Origin: Candidatus Zhuqueibacterota bacterium
Lineage (GTDB): Bacteria; Zhuqueibacterota; Zhuqueibacteria; Thermofontimicrobiales; Thermofontimicrobiaceae
Direction: 5' to 3'
Assembly: GCA_049322915.1 (NCBI GenBank)
Contig: JBMOPW010000020.1
Location: 64,001 to 128,000, forward strand
Length of the DNA stretch: 64,000 nucleotides
Shown here piece after piece: positions 51,232 to 62,925 of the stretch. A program made the position numbers and the translations under genes. Numbering within the stretch: the first letter of the stretch is position 1; each line of letters begins with the position of its first letter. The notes under the pieces are model-generated. The model had not been told where the DNA came from, did no database searches, and saw nothing but the letters and a program-made list of their open reading frames with translations.

Positions 51232-52551
51232 ATGAAAAAAGTCCTTGTCGTGGATGACGATCCCAATGTATGTCGGTTATTCGAGGTGACGCTTCGGAAG
51301 GCCGGGTATGATGTTCGATGCGCGTTGAGCGCGAAGAATGCGTTGAAAATGGCCATTGACGACCATCCGGATATCATCCTCTCTGATTATATGATGCCGG
51401 ACCAGGATGGAAAGGAGTTCTGCAAAGTCGTTCGCAATCATAAAGAGCTTTCAGCCACGCCTTTCATTGTCATCACTGGCAAGGGAACTCCGAATTTGAA
51501 AACCCAGGGGCTGAGCGAATTATTCGATGATTACCTGGAAAAGCCGGTGAATTTGTCCTTTCTGGTCGCTAAAGTGAATGCAACGGTTCGGCGTGAAGAT
51601 GATACCAAACAGAAACACCAGCACCGCGTGAATCGCCTGTGGTCCATGGTCGTGGTACTGATGGTGTCCATCATCATCGCCGGAGGGATTGCGCTGGGAT
51701 TTCGGTTGCGCATCGAAAGCCAGGCGGCGGAAATCAAAAAACTGTTAGCCCTCAAAGAACGGTATGACAAGCGGATTCTGTCCATCGAAAATCAATTGGA
51801 CTCATTGGGATATGGGCTCGATGACCTCGACTTCGAACGGCTCAACGGTGAATTGAACCAACTGATTCGCAAGGCCAAACTTCTCTCCAGAGAATTGCCG
51901 AGCTCCGATGATCGGGATATTGTCATTCGGGGCATTAAGCAGGTGATGGCCGAGTTTGGCGAGGAGGATTATGTCGTCCCACCGCTATTCGCGAAAGAGG
52001 TCGGCAAGATGATTGACTTCTATGTCCGTGAGAAGCGCTACCATACCATCAGCAACCTTCGCCGGGCAAAGGAATATCTTCCCATGATCAAGGAAAAGTT
52101 CGCTGAAAAGGGTTTGCCTGAAGGGCTTGCTTACATTGCTATGGTGGAGAGCGGATTTAAGCCGGACGCCCTGAATAAAGCGTCCGGCGCGGGCGGCCTG
52201 TGGCAATTGATGCCGGCGACAGCCCGCGAATACGGCCTCCGCGTCAGTGGAAACATCGACGAACGGATGAATCCAGAAAAATCCACAGAAGTGGCGCGCG
52301 AGTACATCATGGACCTGATTGGCGTCTTTGGAAAGGAGTCCTTCATGTTGGCGTTGGCTTCGTACAATGTGGGCGATGGCCGCGTCCGCTATCATTTGAA
52401 ACAACTGTACAATCCATTTGAAGAACGCGATTTCTGGTACCTGTTCAGAAAACGCGCCCTGCCGGAAGAAACCCGGGAATATGTCCCCAAAGTGATTGCC
52501 TCCATTATCATCCATCGCAATCAGGAGAAATTCGGATTGAATGAGGGATAA
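51232..52551 (+). CDS. Response-regulator receiver-TM-coiled coil-SLT lytic transglycosylase fusion
   Basis: VLVVDDD, LSDYMMP, LEKP; TM LWSMVVVLMVSIIIAGGIALGF; AMVESGF, GLWQLMP.TA, ASYNVG, ETREYVPK; GGAGG RBS. Confidence 0.9.
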   Translation: MKKVLVVDDDPNVCRLFEVTLRKAGYDVRCALSAKNALKMAIDDHPDIILSDYMMPDQDGKEFCKVVRNHKELSATPFIVITGKGTPNLKTQGLSELFDDYLEKPVNLSFLVAKVNATVRREDDTKQKHQHRVNRLWSMVVVLMVSIIIAGGIALGFRLRIESQAAEIKKLLALKERYDKRILSIENQLDSLGYGLDDLDFERLNGELNQLIRKAKLLSRELPSSDDRDIVIRGIKQVMAEFGEEDYVVPPLFAKEVGKMIDFYVREKRYHTISNLRRAKEYLPMIKEKFAEKGLPEGLAYIAMVESGFKPDALNKASGAGGLWQLMPATAREYGLRVSGNIDERMNPEKSTEVAREYIMDLIGVFGKESFMLALASYNVGDGRVRYHLKQLYNPFEERDFWYLFRKRALPEETREYVPKVIASIIIHRNQEKFGLNEG

Positions 52552-52674
52552 TTTCTCCACGCGCTGATACAGCGACCTGACCCTCCTGTAATTCTCAGGG
52601 GCTGTATCCAAAGTCTGGTCAGGCCAATGTAATCACAATATATCGATACGATATAGCATTTTATTTATGTTACG

Positions 52675-52732
52675 ATTCAGGCATGTTGTCTTACCTCAAT
52701 AACCACACGTCACGAAGTTACAGAAAGATGCC
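52675..52732. repeat. Partial third copy of the 10037/24170 MITE-like repeat
   Basis: ATTCAGGCATGTTGTCT..CACGAAG..AAGATG matches 24174-24230. Confidence 0.55.
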
Positions 52733-52740
52733 AACTGATC

Positions 52741-52889
52741 GTTCGGGATATTTCCCGATTCTATTCTTTGGACATTTTTAAGGGTTCGGGATATCTATCC
52801 CGATTCTGGACTCTGGACATTTTCAAGGGTTCGGGATATTTCCCGAATCTGATCTTTGGACATTTTCAAAGGTTCGGGATTTCCTGAAT
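52741..52889. repeat. 43-45 bp tandem repeat (~3.4 units) with internal palindrome
   Basis: Units start at 52741, 52784, 52829 and 52872: GTTCGGGATATTTCCCGA...TGGACATTTT..AGG. Confidence 0.85.
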
Positions 52890-53559
52890 GTCCCAGCCGT
52901 TGCCTGCGCTGGATACATATCCAGCGCGATCGGCGTAGTTACGTATTTATCAATAAATTGGGGAGCAAGGGAAGCAGTTCCTGCCTAAAGATTTTGCCTG
53001 TGTCCGGCGCACCCGCAAGCATTCAGCGATTCAACTAATCTGCAACTGCGACTTTACGATTGATCGATCCGCTTCCAACTGACCGAATTTCTGTCAATTT
53101 TTAAAAGTTGTTCCTCCGCGCGCGACGAGCGCCTGTAACATAGATTATTTTTTTGAGATAAAGGCACGCCAGTCGTGGGTATCTCATTGTTTTTCAACCA
53201 AAAAAAAATTCAAGCGATTCTTTAGTTTTATTTAACAGCGTTTTATCGGTAATAAGAATGGAAATTGCATACTCATTTGATGTAGCAGATGGCATGTTCG
53301 CCTTCTCAATTTCCAGCCGAATAGATTCCAGATGAAGTTGACAGCGGGCTATCCTGGCTGGAGATTGCCAATTGCAGGTCACAGGAGGATCGCTGCGGCA
53401 TTGATTCGATGAAATGGTTGATGTGCTTCGATGCCCGGTTTGCAAAGCGATTGAGGACTGCGCTTGCTGAATTTGAGCATCTGTCCGGGTTACACCGGGG
53501 CAAGTACATTCGTTGATGTGTAAACCGAAAATAGGATCAATGAGGATGTGAGGTGGGGC

Positions 53560-53751
53560 ATGATGAAGATCTTTGCTGACGATGTTGTAAAAATCAGGTT
53601 GAAAATGAATCTCACCCAGGAAGAATTTGCCCGGCGGGTGGGTGTCACGCTCTCAACGATTCATCGCTGGGAGAAGGGAAAATCGCTGCCTTCCAAATTG
53701 GCGATTCAACGATTGGTCAGTCTGGAGCGGAATGGTATTCACCATGTGTAA
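53560..53751 (+). CDS. XRE/Cro-family HTH protein
   Basis: LTQEEFARRVGVTLSTIHRWEKGKSLP. Confidence 0.85.
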   Translation: MMKIFADDVVKIRLKMNLTQEEFARRVGVTLSTIHRWEKGKSLPSKLAIQRLVSLERNGIHHV

Positions 53752-53816
53752 CTTTCAAAAGGAACCTCCTGTGCTTTTTGATTCATCAGAACTATTTGCG
53801 CGCATGGAGCAGTGAC

Positions 53817-55649
53817 ATGCTCAATCTCCGTTCAATGTCCATCAAAACCAAGCTGATTGTCAGTTTCACCCTGGTTGCCGTCGCTTCGCTGACGATCGGC
53901 TACGGCTTTCTCATGGTGAATGACATCAATGCATTGAGGCAGGACCTCATCAAAGAAGTATTGCTGGAAACAAAGCTCATCCGGGAGGCATGCCGCCATT
54001 CATTTGCAGCCGGCGATTCCTTGCAAACCCTCACCATACTGAAAAGCCTGGCGTCCGTTGTGCCCCTTGACACGATCATAATTTACTCCGGCGATTCCAC
54101 CGTGTTTGTGAGCGTCCCCGGCCATAAAAATCGGGTTGCGATGAACTATCCCGGCCAGTCGGACCGGCATTTTTTCATAGGTAATTATTTACATGTTTTC
54201 AACGCTATGTTACCTAAAGAGCCAGAAGCCGGTTTCATTCATGTGATCTCATCCTCGGCGCTGTTGCAACTCACGATTGAACGCTATATCCTCACGACGA
54301 TTCTGTTCATGGTCGCGACCGGACTGTTTTCCTTTGTCATCGCCAAAAAATTCAGTCCTCTCATTTCTGATCCAATCATTCAGTTATCAAATGCCTGCAA
54401 TAATATTGCCCAACAAGGCGATTACTCTGTCCGCGTTAATATTTCAAATCAGGATGAGATCGGAAAGCTGGCGGACGAGTTCAACCGCATGATCGGGAAG
54501 ATAGAGACGCAACAGAAAATCGAGGCGAAAACGCAGCAAGCGCTGAAGGAGAATGAGGAGAAATATCGCGTACTTTTCGAAGCTTCGACTGATGCTGTAT
54601 TTCTGGAAACGATTGATGGGGATATTCTCGATTGCAATCACGCTGCCTGCCAGATGTTCCGCGCCCGAAAGGACCAGTTGATCGGGCTGAATGTCAGCGC
54701 GCTGGTGCCGGCTGAACTGGCAAAAAAGCTGCCGGAGATTGTTAGTCGGGAACGATTGAATCAGGGCGTTTTTCTCGAGGCGGAAAATGTACGACACAAC
54801 GGCCAGGTTTTTCCGGTCGAAGTGAACACCAAATTGACGCGAGTGAAGGGTATGGAGGTCGTCATTGCCTACATCCGCGATATTACCCAGCGCAAAATCG
54901 ATGAGAAAGAAATTCGCGCGCTGAACGCCGACCTTGAAAAACGCGTGAATGATCGAACCGCCCAGCTCGCCGCTGCGAACAAGGAATTGGAATGTTTTTC
55001 CTATTCTGTTTCGCACGATTTACAGGCGCCGCTTCGGGCGATCGATGGGTTTTCCCGACAGGTGTACGAACGATACGCTCAGGTTGTGGACGACTCCGGG
55101 CGAAAAAACCTGACGGTCATACTGGACCAGGTGAAACGGATGAATCAACTGATCCATGATCTGCTCAATTTTTCCCGGACAAATCAGAAAGAACTCAAGG
55201 TGCAGGAGATAGATTTCAACAGCCTGGTCAATGACGTCGTGACGGAGTTGAAAGAGCAAATCGACGCGACGAGGATGATTGAATTCAATATTTCACCAGT
55301 TCCGAAAGGACTCGGAGACCCGGCGTTGCTTCATCAGGTGTTCGTAAATCTCATCGGCAATGCGATCAAATTCACCCGGCATAAGGAGCATGCCATCATC
55401 GAGGTTGGATGTTTGCCGGATTCGCGCCGGCATGTTTATTTTGTCAAAGATAACGGCGTCGGTTTTAAAACCGAATATTCGGACAAACTGTTCGGCGTGT
55501 TTCAGAGGTTACACACGCCGGAGCAATTCGAAGGGACAGGCGTGGGACTGGCCATTGTGCAGCGCATCATTCACCGGCATGGGGGAGAAGTCTGGGCAGA
55601 GTCTGCCGTGGATCAAGGCGCTGCGTTTTATTTTTCATTGCCACCTTGA
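53817..55649 (+). CDS. Membrane sensor histidine kinase (periplasmic sensor-HAMP-PAS-HisKA-HATPase)
   Basis: 2 TM helices, DEIGKLADEFNRM, SVSHDLQAPLR, NLIGNAIKF, DNGVG, GTGVGL. Confidence 0.93.
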   Translation: MLNLRSMSIKTKLIVSFTLVAVASLTIGYGFLMVNDINALRQDLIKEVLLETKLIREACRHSFAAGDSLQTLTILKSLASVVPLDTIIIYSGDSTVFVSVPGHKNRVAMNYPGQSDRHFFIGNYLHVFNAMLPKEPEAGFIHVISSSALLQLTIERYILTTILFMVATGLFSFVIAKKFSPLISDPIIQLSNACNNIAQQGDYSVRVNISNQDEIGKLADEFNRMIGKIETQQKIEAKTQQALKENEEKYRVLFEASTDAVFLETIDGDILDCNHAACQMFRARKDQLIGLNVSALVPAELAKKLPEIVSRERLNQGVFLEAENVRHNGQVFPVEVNTKLTRVKGMEVVIAYIRDITQRKIDEKEIRALNADLEKRVNDRTAQLAAANKELECFSYSVSHDLQAPLRAIDGFSRQVYERYAQVVDDSGRKNLTVILDQVKRMNQLIHDLLNFSRTNQKELKVQEIDFNSLVNDVVTELKEQIDATRMIEFNISPVPKGLGDPALLHQVFVNLIGNAIKFTRHKEHAIIEVGCLPDSRRHVYFVKDNGVGFKTEYSDKLFGVFQRLHTPEQFEGTGVGLAIVQRIIHRHGGEVWAESAVDQGAAFYFSLPP

Positions 55650-55827
55650 TTATAAGCCTATAACGTCATGTAGCAAATTTATCACACTATGTAGAATTTT
55701 TCATCTATCCAAAATACACTAGATAACGATAATAAATCTATGTGACGTGGTAGGGTTAATTTTCCCCGGAACTTGTCTTGTGCTGTCGCCTGTGATTCGT
55801 CAGCAACTCAACTCATGTAAGGAAAGT

Positions 55828-58560
55828 ATGCAAAAGCAATTGCGGATATTAATGCTGGAAGATAATCCGCTGGACGCGGAATTGATACGGCTGGCCATTG
55901 AAAAAGACTGTATCGATTTCACCTATGTCCGGGTGGATGAACAGGATTCTTTTTACGAAGAACTGAGTAACTTCAATCCGGATATCGTCCTGTCGGACTT
56001 CAGATTGCCGCGATTCAATGGACTGACTGCTCTGGACCTGGTCAAGAGCAAATCGCCGGGCACGCCTTTTATTATTGTGACCGGCGCTCTGGACGAAGCG
56101 ACTGCGGTGGAATGCATCAAGTTCGGCGCAGTCGATTATGTGCTCAAAGATCAGCTAGTTCGGCTTGGCGCGGCCATCAAAAAAGCAATGGAGTTGAAAG
56201 AGGAAAAGTACAAGAAAGAACTCGCTGAGGAAGCGCTGCGGCAGAGTGAAGAGAAGTATCGGACGCTTGTAGAAAACGCGAACGAAGCGGTGATTGTGCT
56301 CCAGGATGATCAGTTCAGATTCACCAATACCAAGGCGGAGCAGATCACCGGATACAATCAGGTGCAATTGGCTTCCATGTCATTTCTGGACATGATCGTC
56401 CCTCATGATCGCGAGGAGGTCAAAGCAAGTCATCAGCGGTGGCTGCTCGAAGGCGAGGAAATTGGCGTGCTTCAGTATAAAATCATTGACCGGAGCGGAA
56501 GCCTGAAATATCTGGGCGGTAAGGGAGTATTAATCGACTGGAACGGACGACCAGCCATGCTGGCGTTCATCGGGGATATTACCCAGCGCAAGAAGGCTGA
56601 ACTCGCTGTGCTGGAGAGCGAGCAGAAGTTTCGGGCGTTTTTTGAAAACGCGCCGGAATATTACTACATCATCTCTCCGGATGGAAAAATTATCGATGTC
56701 AATAATAGCGCGCTGAATGTGCTGGGCTATCTCAAAAATGAGATCATTGGACTATCCATTTTTGCCACGGTATTCGATCGCTCATCGAGACCGTCCGCTG
56801 AGGCGATCTTTCAGGAATGCAAAACCTGTGGGCAGGTTCGCGATCAGGAACTGACGATTATCACGCGACAGGAAGAAAAGCGAATCGTGCTGCTCAGCGC
56901 GGATGTCGTGGTCGATCCCGAGGGGCAGATCATCTATTTACTTTTTGTTCAACGGGATATTACAGAACGCCTGAGGACGACTGCTCTGCTCAATGAACAG
57001 GCGAGATTGCTGGAGCTTTTCTTCAGCTATACGCTCGATTGCATGATCATTATGGATAAAAAATTCAATTACATCCGGGTGAACAACGCCTTTGCCCGGG
57101 CCTGTCATCGGAAAACATCGGAATTCCCGAATCGGAACCATTTCGACTTTTTCCCATCCGAGCCCAGGGATATTTTTGAAATGGTGGTGCAGACCAAACA
57201 CCCCTGTACGGCCATTGCGCGCCCAATTGTCTTTCACAAGAAAGATAAAAATGAACTGACTTTCTGGGATTGGGCGCTGGTCCCAATTCTCGACGACAAG
57301 AACGAGGTGGATCTGCTCATCTTTTCAATGCGGAATGTGACGGATAGAAAAAAAGCAGAAGAAGAATTGCAATTGAGCGAAGAGCGGTTCCGCTCGCTCA
57401 TTTTCAAAATCCAGGCAGCGGTGATGGTGTACGACTCCAACAAAAAAATAGTGATGAGCAATACAATTGCCCAGGATTTACTGGGCATCCGTCAGGCAAA
57501 GGCCAACTACACGGTAGATAATTCCGGTCTTCTGGAATTCTACCGCGATGATGGCAGCCTCATGACGCCCGAGGAATATCCAATCAATCAGGTGATGAAG
57601 TCCCGAAAGCCGCTGCGCGATGTGATTCTTGGCGTGAACAATCCGTTCAAAAAGACCACCGTCTGGATTCTGGTCAATGCCGATCCGGTGTTCGATGATT
57701 CCGGCAATATCCTGCAGACCATTATCAGTTTTGTCGATATCACGGAGCGAAAAAAACATGAGGAGCAGTTGCGCGAACTGAATCAAGAACTGATCCGTTC
57801 GAATAAAGAACTGGAAGAATTCACCTACGTTGTCTCCCACGACCTGAAAGAGCCACTGCGCAAAATGGCTTCGTTCAGCGAATTTCTCTTTGAGGACTAC
57901 TCGCACCTGCTGGACGAACAGGCCATTTCCTATCTCAATCGCATTCAGGATGCTGCCGAACGGATGAAAGGGTTGATCGAGAATCTGCTGGAAATTTCCC
58001 GAATCGGGACGCGCAAGAAAGAACTGGTTGTGGTGGACACCAACCATCTGGTGGAGGAAGTGTTGCACCTGCTGCAATTTTCCGAGACAAAATACTCCAA
58101 TAAAGGATTCAGAAATTTTGTCGATACTAACGATAATATAGTGATGCTTTCCAGGTTGCCTGCTGCATTGGCGGACCCGACGCAGTTGCACCAGGTCTTT
58201 CAGAATATCATCTCCAACGGATTGAAATTTCATCGGTCAGACGTGACCGCGGAATTAAAAATTACCGCCAAAAAGCGGGGCGAATGGATCACCTTTGCAA
58301 TTCAGGATAATGGAATTGGAATTGAACAACGGTACCTTGAAAAGATATTTATCATCTTTCAACGGTTGCACACGAAAGAGATGTATCCCGGAACAGGTGT
58401 TGGATTGGCGTTGTGCAAGAAGATTATCGAGCGGCATAATGGCCGTATCTGGGCGGAGTCGAAGTACGGAAGTGGAAGTACGTTTTATTTTACGTTAAGG
58501 GAGGGAAAGAGCAATGAAACCCAAAGAAGAACGTATGCCCATTCTGTTAGTCGAAGATGA
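55828..58560 (+). CDS. REC-multiPAS histidine kinase
   Basis: N-terminal REC, four PAS/PAC repeats (DITQRK), VSHDLKEPLR, DNGIG, GTGVGL. Confidence 0.93.
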   Translation: MQKQLRILMLEDNPLDAELIRLAIEKDCIDFTYVRVDEQDSFYEELSNFNPDIVLSDFRLPRFNGLTALDLVKSKSPGTPFIIVTGALDEATAVECIKFGAVDYVLKDQLVRLGAAIKKAMELKEEKYKKELAEEALRQSEEKYRTLVENANEAVIVLQDDQFRFTNTKAEQITGYNQVQLASMSFLDMIVPHDREEVKASHQRWLLEGEEIGVLQYKIIDRSGSLKYLGGKGVLIDWNGRPAMLAFIGDITQRKKAELAVLESEQKFRAFFENAPEYYYIISPDGKIIDVNNSALNVLGYLKNEIIGLSIFATVFDRSSRPSAEAIFQECKTCGQVRDQELTIITRQEEKRIVLLSADVVVDPEGQIIYLLFVQRDITERLRTTALLNEQARLLELFFSYTLDCMIIMDKKFNYIRVNNAFARACHRKTSEFPNRNHFDFFPSEPRDIFEMVVQTKHPCTAIARPIVFHKKDKNELTFWDWALVPILDDKNEVDLLIFSMRNVTDRKKAEEELQLSEERFRSLIFKIQAAVMVYDSNKKIVMSNTIAQDLLGIRQAKANYTVDNSGLLEFYRDDGSLMTPEEYPINQVMKSRKPLRDVILGVNNPFKKTTVWILVNADPVFDDSGNILQTIISFVDITERKKHEEQLRELNQELIRSNKELEEFTYVVSHDLKEPLRKMASFSEFLFEDYSHLLDEQAISYLNRIQDAAERMKGLIENLLEISRIGTRKKELVVVDTNHLVEEVLHLLQFSETKYSNKGFRNFVDTNDNIVMLSRLPAALADPTQLHQVFQNIISNGLKFHRSDVTAELKITAKKRGEWITFAIQDNGIGIEQRYLEKIFIIFQRLHTKEMYPGTGVGLALCKKIIERHNGRIWAESKYGSGSTFYFTLREGKSNETQRRTYAHSVSRR

Positions 58561-58978
58561 TCCGGATGATATTGAAATTACCCGGCGCGCGTTTCAGGAG
58601 AATCATATTAATCATCCTCTGTACATCGTGCGGGATGGCGCGGAAACAATAGAATTTCTGAAGAAGACCGGCAGATACATGAGCGATGGGAATCTGCCCC
58701 GACCCGGCCTCATTTTACTCGATTTGAATATCCCTCGCATCGATGGCCGCGAAGTTCTCAGACAGATAAAGCAGGATCCTGAGTTGAAATATATTCCGAC
58801 TGTGGTCCTTACTACCTCGAAATTCGATGAAGATATCATGCAGTCCTACCATAGCGGCGCAAATACATTCATTACCAAGTCGTTGCACTTTAAAGAATTT
58901 TCCAAAATGATCCGAATCATTAGTCAGTACTGGCTGGAAGTAGCAGAAATTCCAGGCAACCCTGACCATAAAAAATGA
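58514..58978 (+). CDS. Single-domain response regulator (Rcp1-like)
   Basis: ILLVEDD, ILLDLNIP, VLTTS, GANTFITK, YW. Confidence 0.93.
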   Translation: MKPKEERMPILLVEDDPDDIEITRRAFQENHINHPLYIVRDGAETIEFLKKTGRYMSDGNLPRPGLILLDLNIPRIDGREVLRQIKQDPELKYIPTVVLTTSKFDEDIMQSYHSGANTFITKSLHFKEFSKMIRIISQYWLEVAEIPGNPDHKK

Positions 58979-59085
58979 CGCGCGGGGCAAATCACCAAAA
59001 CCGTCACCAGGAATTGAAAAAGGGATTCGCTTCATTTTTATCACCCCGGAATGCTTTTTCGAAACGGCGTATATCCATAGCGCGG

Positions 59086-59270
59086 CAAATCCGCAAATCC
59101 CAAATTCGAAAATGATCAAATTCCAAATAAATTCCAAATTTCAAATACAAAATTAAAGCCCATGTCTATGATCAAACCAATAAAAGCTGACAATTTGTTT
59201 TTTCGGTTTGGAATTTTGGATATTGCCATTTGGGATTTAGTTGTGATTTAGGATTTGAGTCCTGGGATTT
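59086..59270. repeat. Inverted arrays of ~7-bp AAATTCC-like repeats
   Basis: CAAATCC/CAAATTC/AAATTCC array facing a GGAATTT/GGATTT array. Confidence 0.7.
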
Positions 59271-59323
59271 TCTTGCACAAAAAACAAAGATTTAATTTGT
59301 AATACTATAGAGGATTTCGTTGA

Positions 59324-62300
59324 ATGATAAAGGTTTTATACATTGAAGACGATTTCGAAGATGCGCTGATCGTCAGTCGTTATCTCACCCAGAGCCGTGA
59401 TGCGATTGATTTGCATGTGGCGTCCACCGGCGCGGAAGCCCGGGACAAGCTGCAGCACAACTCCTTCGACTGCGTGCTGCTGGATCAGAATTTACCTGAT
59501 ACCAACGGCCTGGCGCTTCTGCAGGACATCAAATCGAAATGGCCTAAAATGCCCGTGCTGATGCTCACCGGCCAGAAGGATGACCGGCTCACTGTCGGTT
59601 CTTCCATTTTGGGAGCGGACGATTTCATTGTCAAGGATGAAATCAGTACGGCGGTTCTGACCGAGACCATTTTCAGCGTCGTTCATCTGGGGGAGAACAT
59701 TGAGGAAGATTCAGACCTACGAGCGGGCGCCGTCCCACTGGGAGAGACAGAATCGACAGCTTTTAAGCATGGCGCGTACGGAATTTATGAGACGCTCATC
59801 AATACCATGACTGAGGGATTGATTTCGCTGGATTTGAACGGGACGATTCTGTTTGCCAATCAACAGGCCGGGGATCTGTTGAAGCGTCCTGTGAATTCAC
59901 TTTTTGGCGAACGAGCCAGCGTGCTGTTTGACGCATCTGATTTTCGCCTGTTCGAAGAAAAATTCACTGAGAATAAAAAGGGATTAACGCTCAAATATGA
60001 GGCGCAATTCACATGTCTGGATGGGACCAGGATCCCTGCGATTATCAGTCAGAGTCCCTACTATGACCGATGGCATCATCTGGCCGGCTGCCTGATGGTG
60101 GTCACGGATATCAGCGACCGCAAGCAGGCAGAAAATATGCTCCGCGCTTCGGAGAAAAGATTTCGTGATATTGCTGAGAATACGACGGATTTGATCTGGG
60201 AGATGAATCCGTTTCGGTGTTTCACCTATGTCAATCCACTGGTCAGGAACATCCTCGGCTTCAGTCCTGAGGAGATTCTCGGCCGGTGCATCGATGAAAT
60301 AATGCTCGCATCCAGTCAGGACAGAACGGGCAATGGGAACGGGGCCGATTCTGACAACCGTCTCTCGGTGAAGGTCGTTGAGGGAATCTGGCGTCATAAA
60401 AATGGCAGTGAAATTATTCTCGAAATGAGCAGCATCCCGATTTACGATGCCGTGGGAAAGTTGCTCGGCTACCGCGGCATCAGTCGCGATATCACCGATC
60501 GCAAGCAGATGGAAGAAGCGCGGCTTCGCGAGCGGGAGATGGATCTGAATCTGGAGCGCTGCATTTCTCAGGTTTCCAGGCATCTCATTGAATCCGAAAA
60601 TGTCGATGAGGCCATCAGGCACAATCTCGAATTGATCGGAAAAACGTTCAATGCCGATCATTGCTTTGTGTACACCCGGGGCGATGTCGATAACCCGGAT
60701 CATTTTTTTAAAAAATATTTCTGGAATGCACGATCAGGCGCTGACTGGTTCGCTGATCAGACCCACATGGTTCTCGATGCCAATTCTTCCTGGGCCAAAC
60801 TTTTATCTTCGAATCAGGTCGTGATCCTGCCGGATGCTGCCCACGCTGGCGATGATTCCGTCTCTGAAGCGGACTATTTACGCGATTTGCGCATCAGCGC
60901 CATCCTGTTGGTCCCGCTCTTTTTGCAGGACGCCTTCTATGGCTATGTTGGGATCGATTACATCGCCAAAGCGCACAATTGGCGGATGACAGAAATTGCC
61001 GCTGTGAGAACAATGATTGAAAACATCAGCAAGGTATTCGAGCGCAAACATGCCCGCGCTGCACTGTCCCAGCAGAAGGCAAAGTACGAGACCGTTATTA
61101 AAAGCACCAGTGATGGCATCATACTCCTGGATAATAATCTGAAAATCACGCTGATAAATCCTGCAGCGCTGAAAATACTGCACTGCTTTTATCGCGATAC
61201 CAAGGCCAAATCGATCCTCAAAGACCTGGGCGATATTTCCGTCGGCGATATCCTGACCACGATTAAACAGAATAACCTGAGTTCAATATCCAGAGAAATC
61301 AAAATCAGCAATGGAATCATGCGATTTTTCAATGTCGTCTTCTCGTCTGTGAAAAATATCAAAGCCGAGGTGATCGGACTGGTGGTGAATATTCATGAAA
61401 TTTCCGAGATTCGCAATGCACAGGAACAGTTGATTCACTCATCGAAATTAGCGTCCCTGGGACAACTCGCTGCCGGCGTCGCCCACGAGTTGAACAATCC
61501 CCTCACCTACATGTTGGGCTATGCGGAGCTATTGCACTCCAACCAGGAAGACCCTGAAGTCAAATTGAAATTGTCGAAAATACTGGATGGCGGGCGTCGC
61601 GTGAAAGGCATCATCGAAGACATGCTGGAGTTCTCCCACAACCAGACGCAGAACCAGGAATTGTCCGATATTAACAAGACCATTGAAAAGACATTGACGC
61701 TCATGGGCAGACGGCTTTCCAATCATAATATCCACCTGATCAAATCGTTCGATAAACGGCTGTCGCTGGTCTATTGCAATAAAGGCGAGTTGCAGCAGGT
61801 GTTTTTGAACCTGATTCAAAATGCGTTCGATGAGCTGGTGCGCAGCAAGGTCGGCGATAAAATCGAGATTGTGACCGAGCAAATTTCCCGGCAGAATATC
61901 CGTTTGAAATTCATCGATAACGGACCAGGCATGTCCGAGGAAATCCAGCAGCGCATCTTTGAACCGTTCTTTACCACCAAAGCCCCGGGCGAGGGAACCG
62001 GGCTGGGACTGAGCATCAGCTATAAAATCATCAAAAAGCACGATGGCGCCATCACGGTCAAAAGCAGCGTGGGAAAAGGAACCACATTCATCATCGAACT
62101 GCCGACGCGAGTGGACCAGGTTTCGAAGAATTCCGACATCACTGATCTGGATCTGGAATTCAAAGGGGAGGGCAAGTCCATTGAGACGGCGAAGGTCGTC
62201 ATCGTGGAGGACGAAGAAAAGAGCGATTCCCTGGTCAAAATCCTGTTCCGCACCGAGCATCAACTTGTCACCATCAGTCAGATTTCCCAGGCGCTGGATA

Positions 62301-62557
62301 TGCTGCGCACCGACGATCTGGATGTGCTGCTCGTGGACATCAAAAGCTTGAGACACATCAAGCAGTACATTCAAAACGGATTCATCCCACAGTGGAAGAG
62401 CCGAATCATTTTTCTCTTTGACTATCCGCTCAATGAACGGGTGAAGGCGTCTCTCTGGGGGAAAGGCATTGGCTGTCTGGCCTTGCCATTCAAAATTGAT
62501 GAGGTGATTCAATTGGTGAATGCAGTGCTGGAGCGCAGCAAAAAGGCCGGAAGATGA
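59324..62557 (+). CDS. Hybrid histidine kinase REC-PAS-PAS-GAF-PAS-HisKA-HATPase-pseudoREC
   Basis: [28 protein letters not shown]-terminal REC lacks the conserved Thr and Lys. Confidence 0.92.
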   Translation: MIKVLYIEDDFEDALIVSRYLTQSRDAIDLHVASTGAEARDKLQHNSFDCVLLDQNLPDTNGLALLQDIKSKWPKMPVLMLTGQKDDRLTVGSSILGADDFIVKDEISTAVLTETIFSVVHLGENIEEDSDLRAGAVPLGETESTAFKHGAYGIYETLINTMTEGLISLDLNGTILFANQQAGDLLKRPVNSLFGERASVLFDASDFRLFEEKFTENKKGLTLKYEAQFTCLDGTRIPAIISQSPYYDRWHHLAGCLMVVTDISDRKQAENMLRASEKRFRDIAENTTDLIWEMNPFRCFTYVNPLVRNILGFSPEEILGRCIDEIMLASSQDRTGNGNGADSDNRLSVKVVEGIWRHKNGSEIILEMSSIPIYDAVGKLLGYRGISRDITDRKQMEEARLREREMDLNLERCISQVSRHLIESENVDEAIRHNLELIGKTFNADHCFVYTRGDVDNPDHFFKKYFWNARSGADWFADQTHMVLDANSSWAKLLSSNQVVILPDAAHAGDDSVSEADYLRDLRISAILLVPLFLQDAFYGYVGIDYIAKAHNWRMTEIAAVRTMIENISKVFERKHARAALSQQKAKYETVIKSTSDGIILLDNNLKITLINPAALKILHCFYRDTKAKSILKDLGDISVGDILTTIKQNNLSSISREIKISNGIMRFFNVVFSSVKNIKAEVIGLVVNIHEISEIRNAQEQLIHSSKLASLGQLAAGVAHELNNPLTYMLGYAELLHSNQEDPEVKLKLSKILDGGRRVKGIIEDMLEFSHNQTQNQELSDINKTIEKTLTLMGRRLSNHNIHLIKSFDKRLSLVYCNKGELQQVFLNLIQNAFDELVRSKVGDKIEIVTEQISRQNIRLKFIDNGPGMSEEIQQRIFEPFFTTKAPGEGTGLGLSISYKIIKKHDGAITVKSSVGKGTTFIIELPTRVDQVSKNSDITDLDLEFKGEGKSIETAKVVIVEDEEKSDSLVKILFRTEHQLVTISQISQALDMLRTDDLDVLLVDIKSLRHIKQYIQNGFIPQWKSRIIFLFDYPLNERVKASLWGKGIGCLALPFKIDEVIQLVNAVLERSKKAGR

Positions 62558-62925
62558 AACGCGGTATTTCTTTCCTAACTTCAGATGTTCATCATCATTC
62601 TAAACATTGCATCGATCAGCTATTTCCCTCCGACACAGCAACCAGGCATGACTTTTTCTGAGATATCAATCGTGACATCAGAACGCATGAGACACTGACC
62701 ACGCCAAAAACCTGACAGATCGAATTTCTTGCACGAACGCTGTTTTCCTTCCGCTGTGCGGTTTTGAAGGCCGGCCATCCGATTCTCATGAAGCCGTAAT
62801 AATTATTTTAAATCGCTCCGTGCGAACGCCGTGCCGAATCAGCGCCCCGGAGCGCTTTCCAGTCCGGGCGAGAGGGCTGGTTGCGACATCGATGGATTCT
62901 CATTTTATTCCGGAACGCAGTTCTG

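Noticed and set aside
52741..52889. CRISPR array
   Set aside because: The sequence between palindromes is conserved rather than unique spacers, the period is only 43-45 bp, and no cas genes are present
53560..53751. Prophage repressor or TA antitoxin
   Set aside because: No phage genes or toxin partner adjacent
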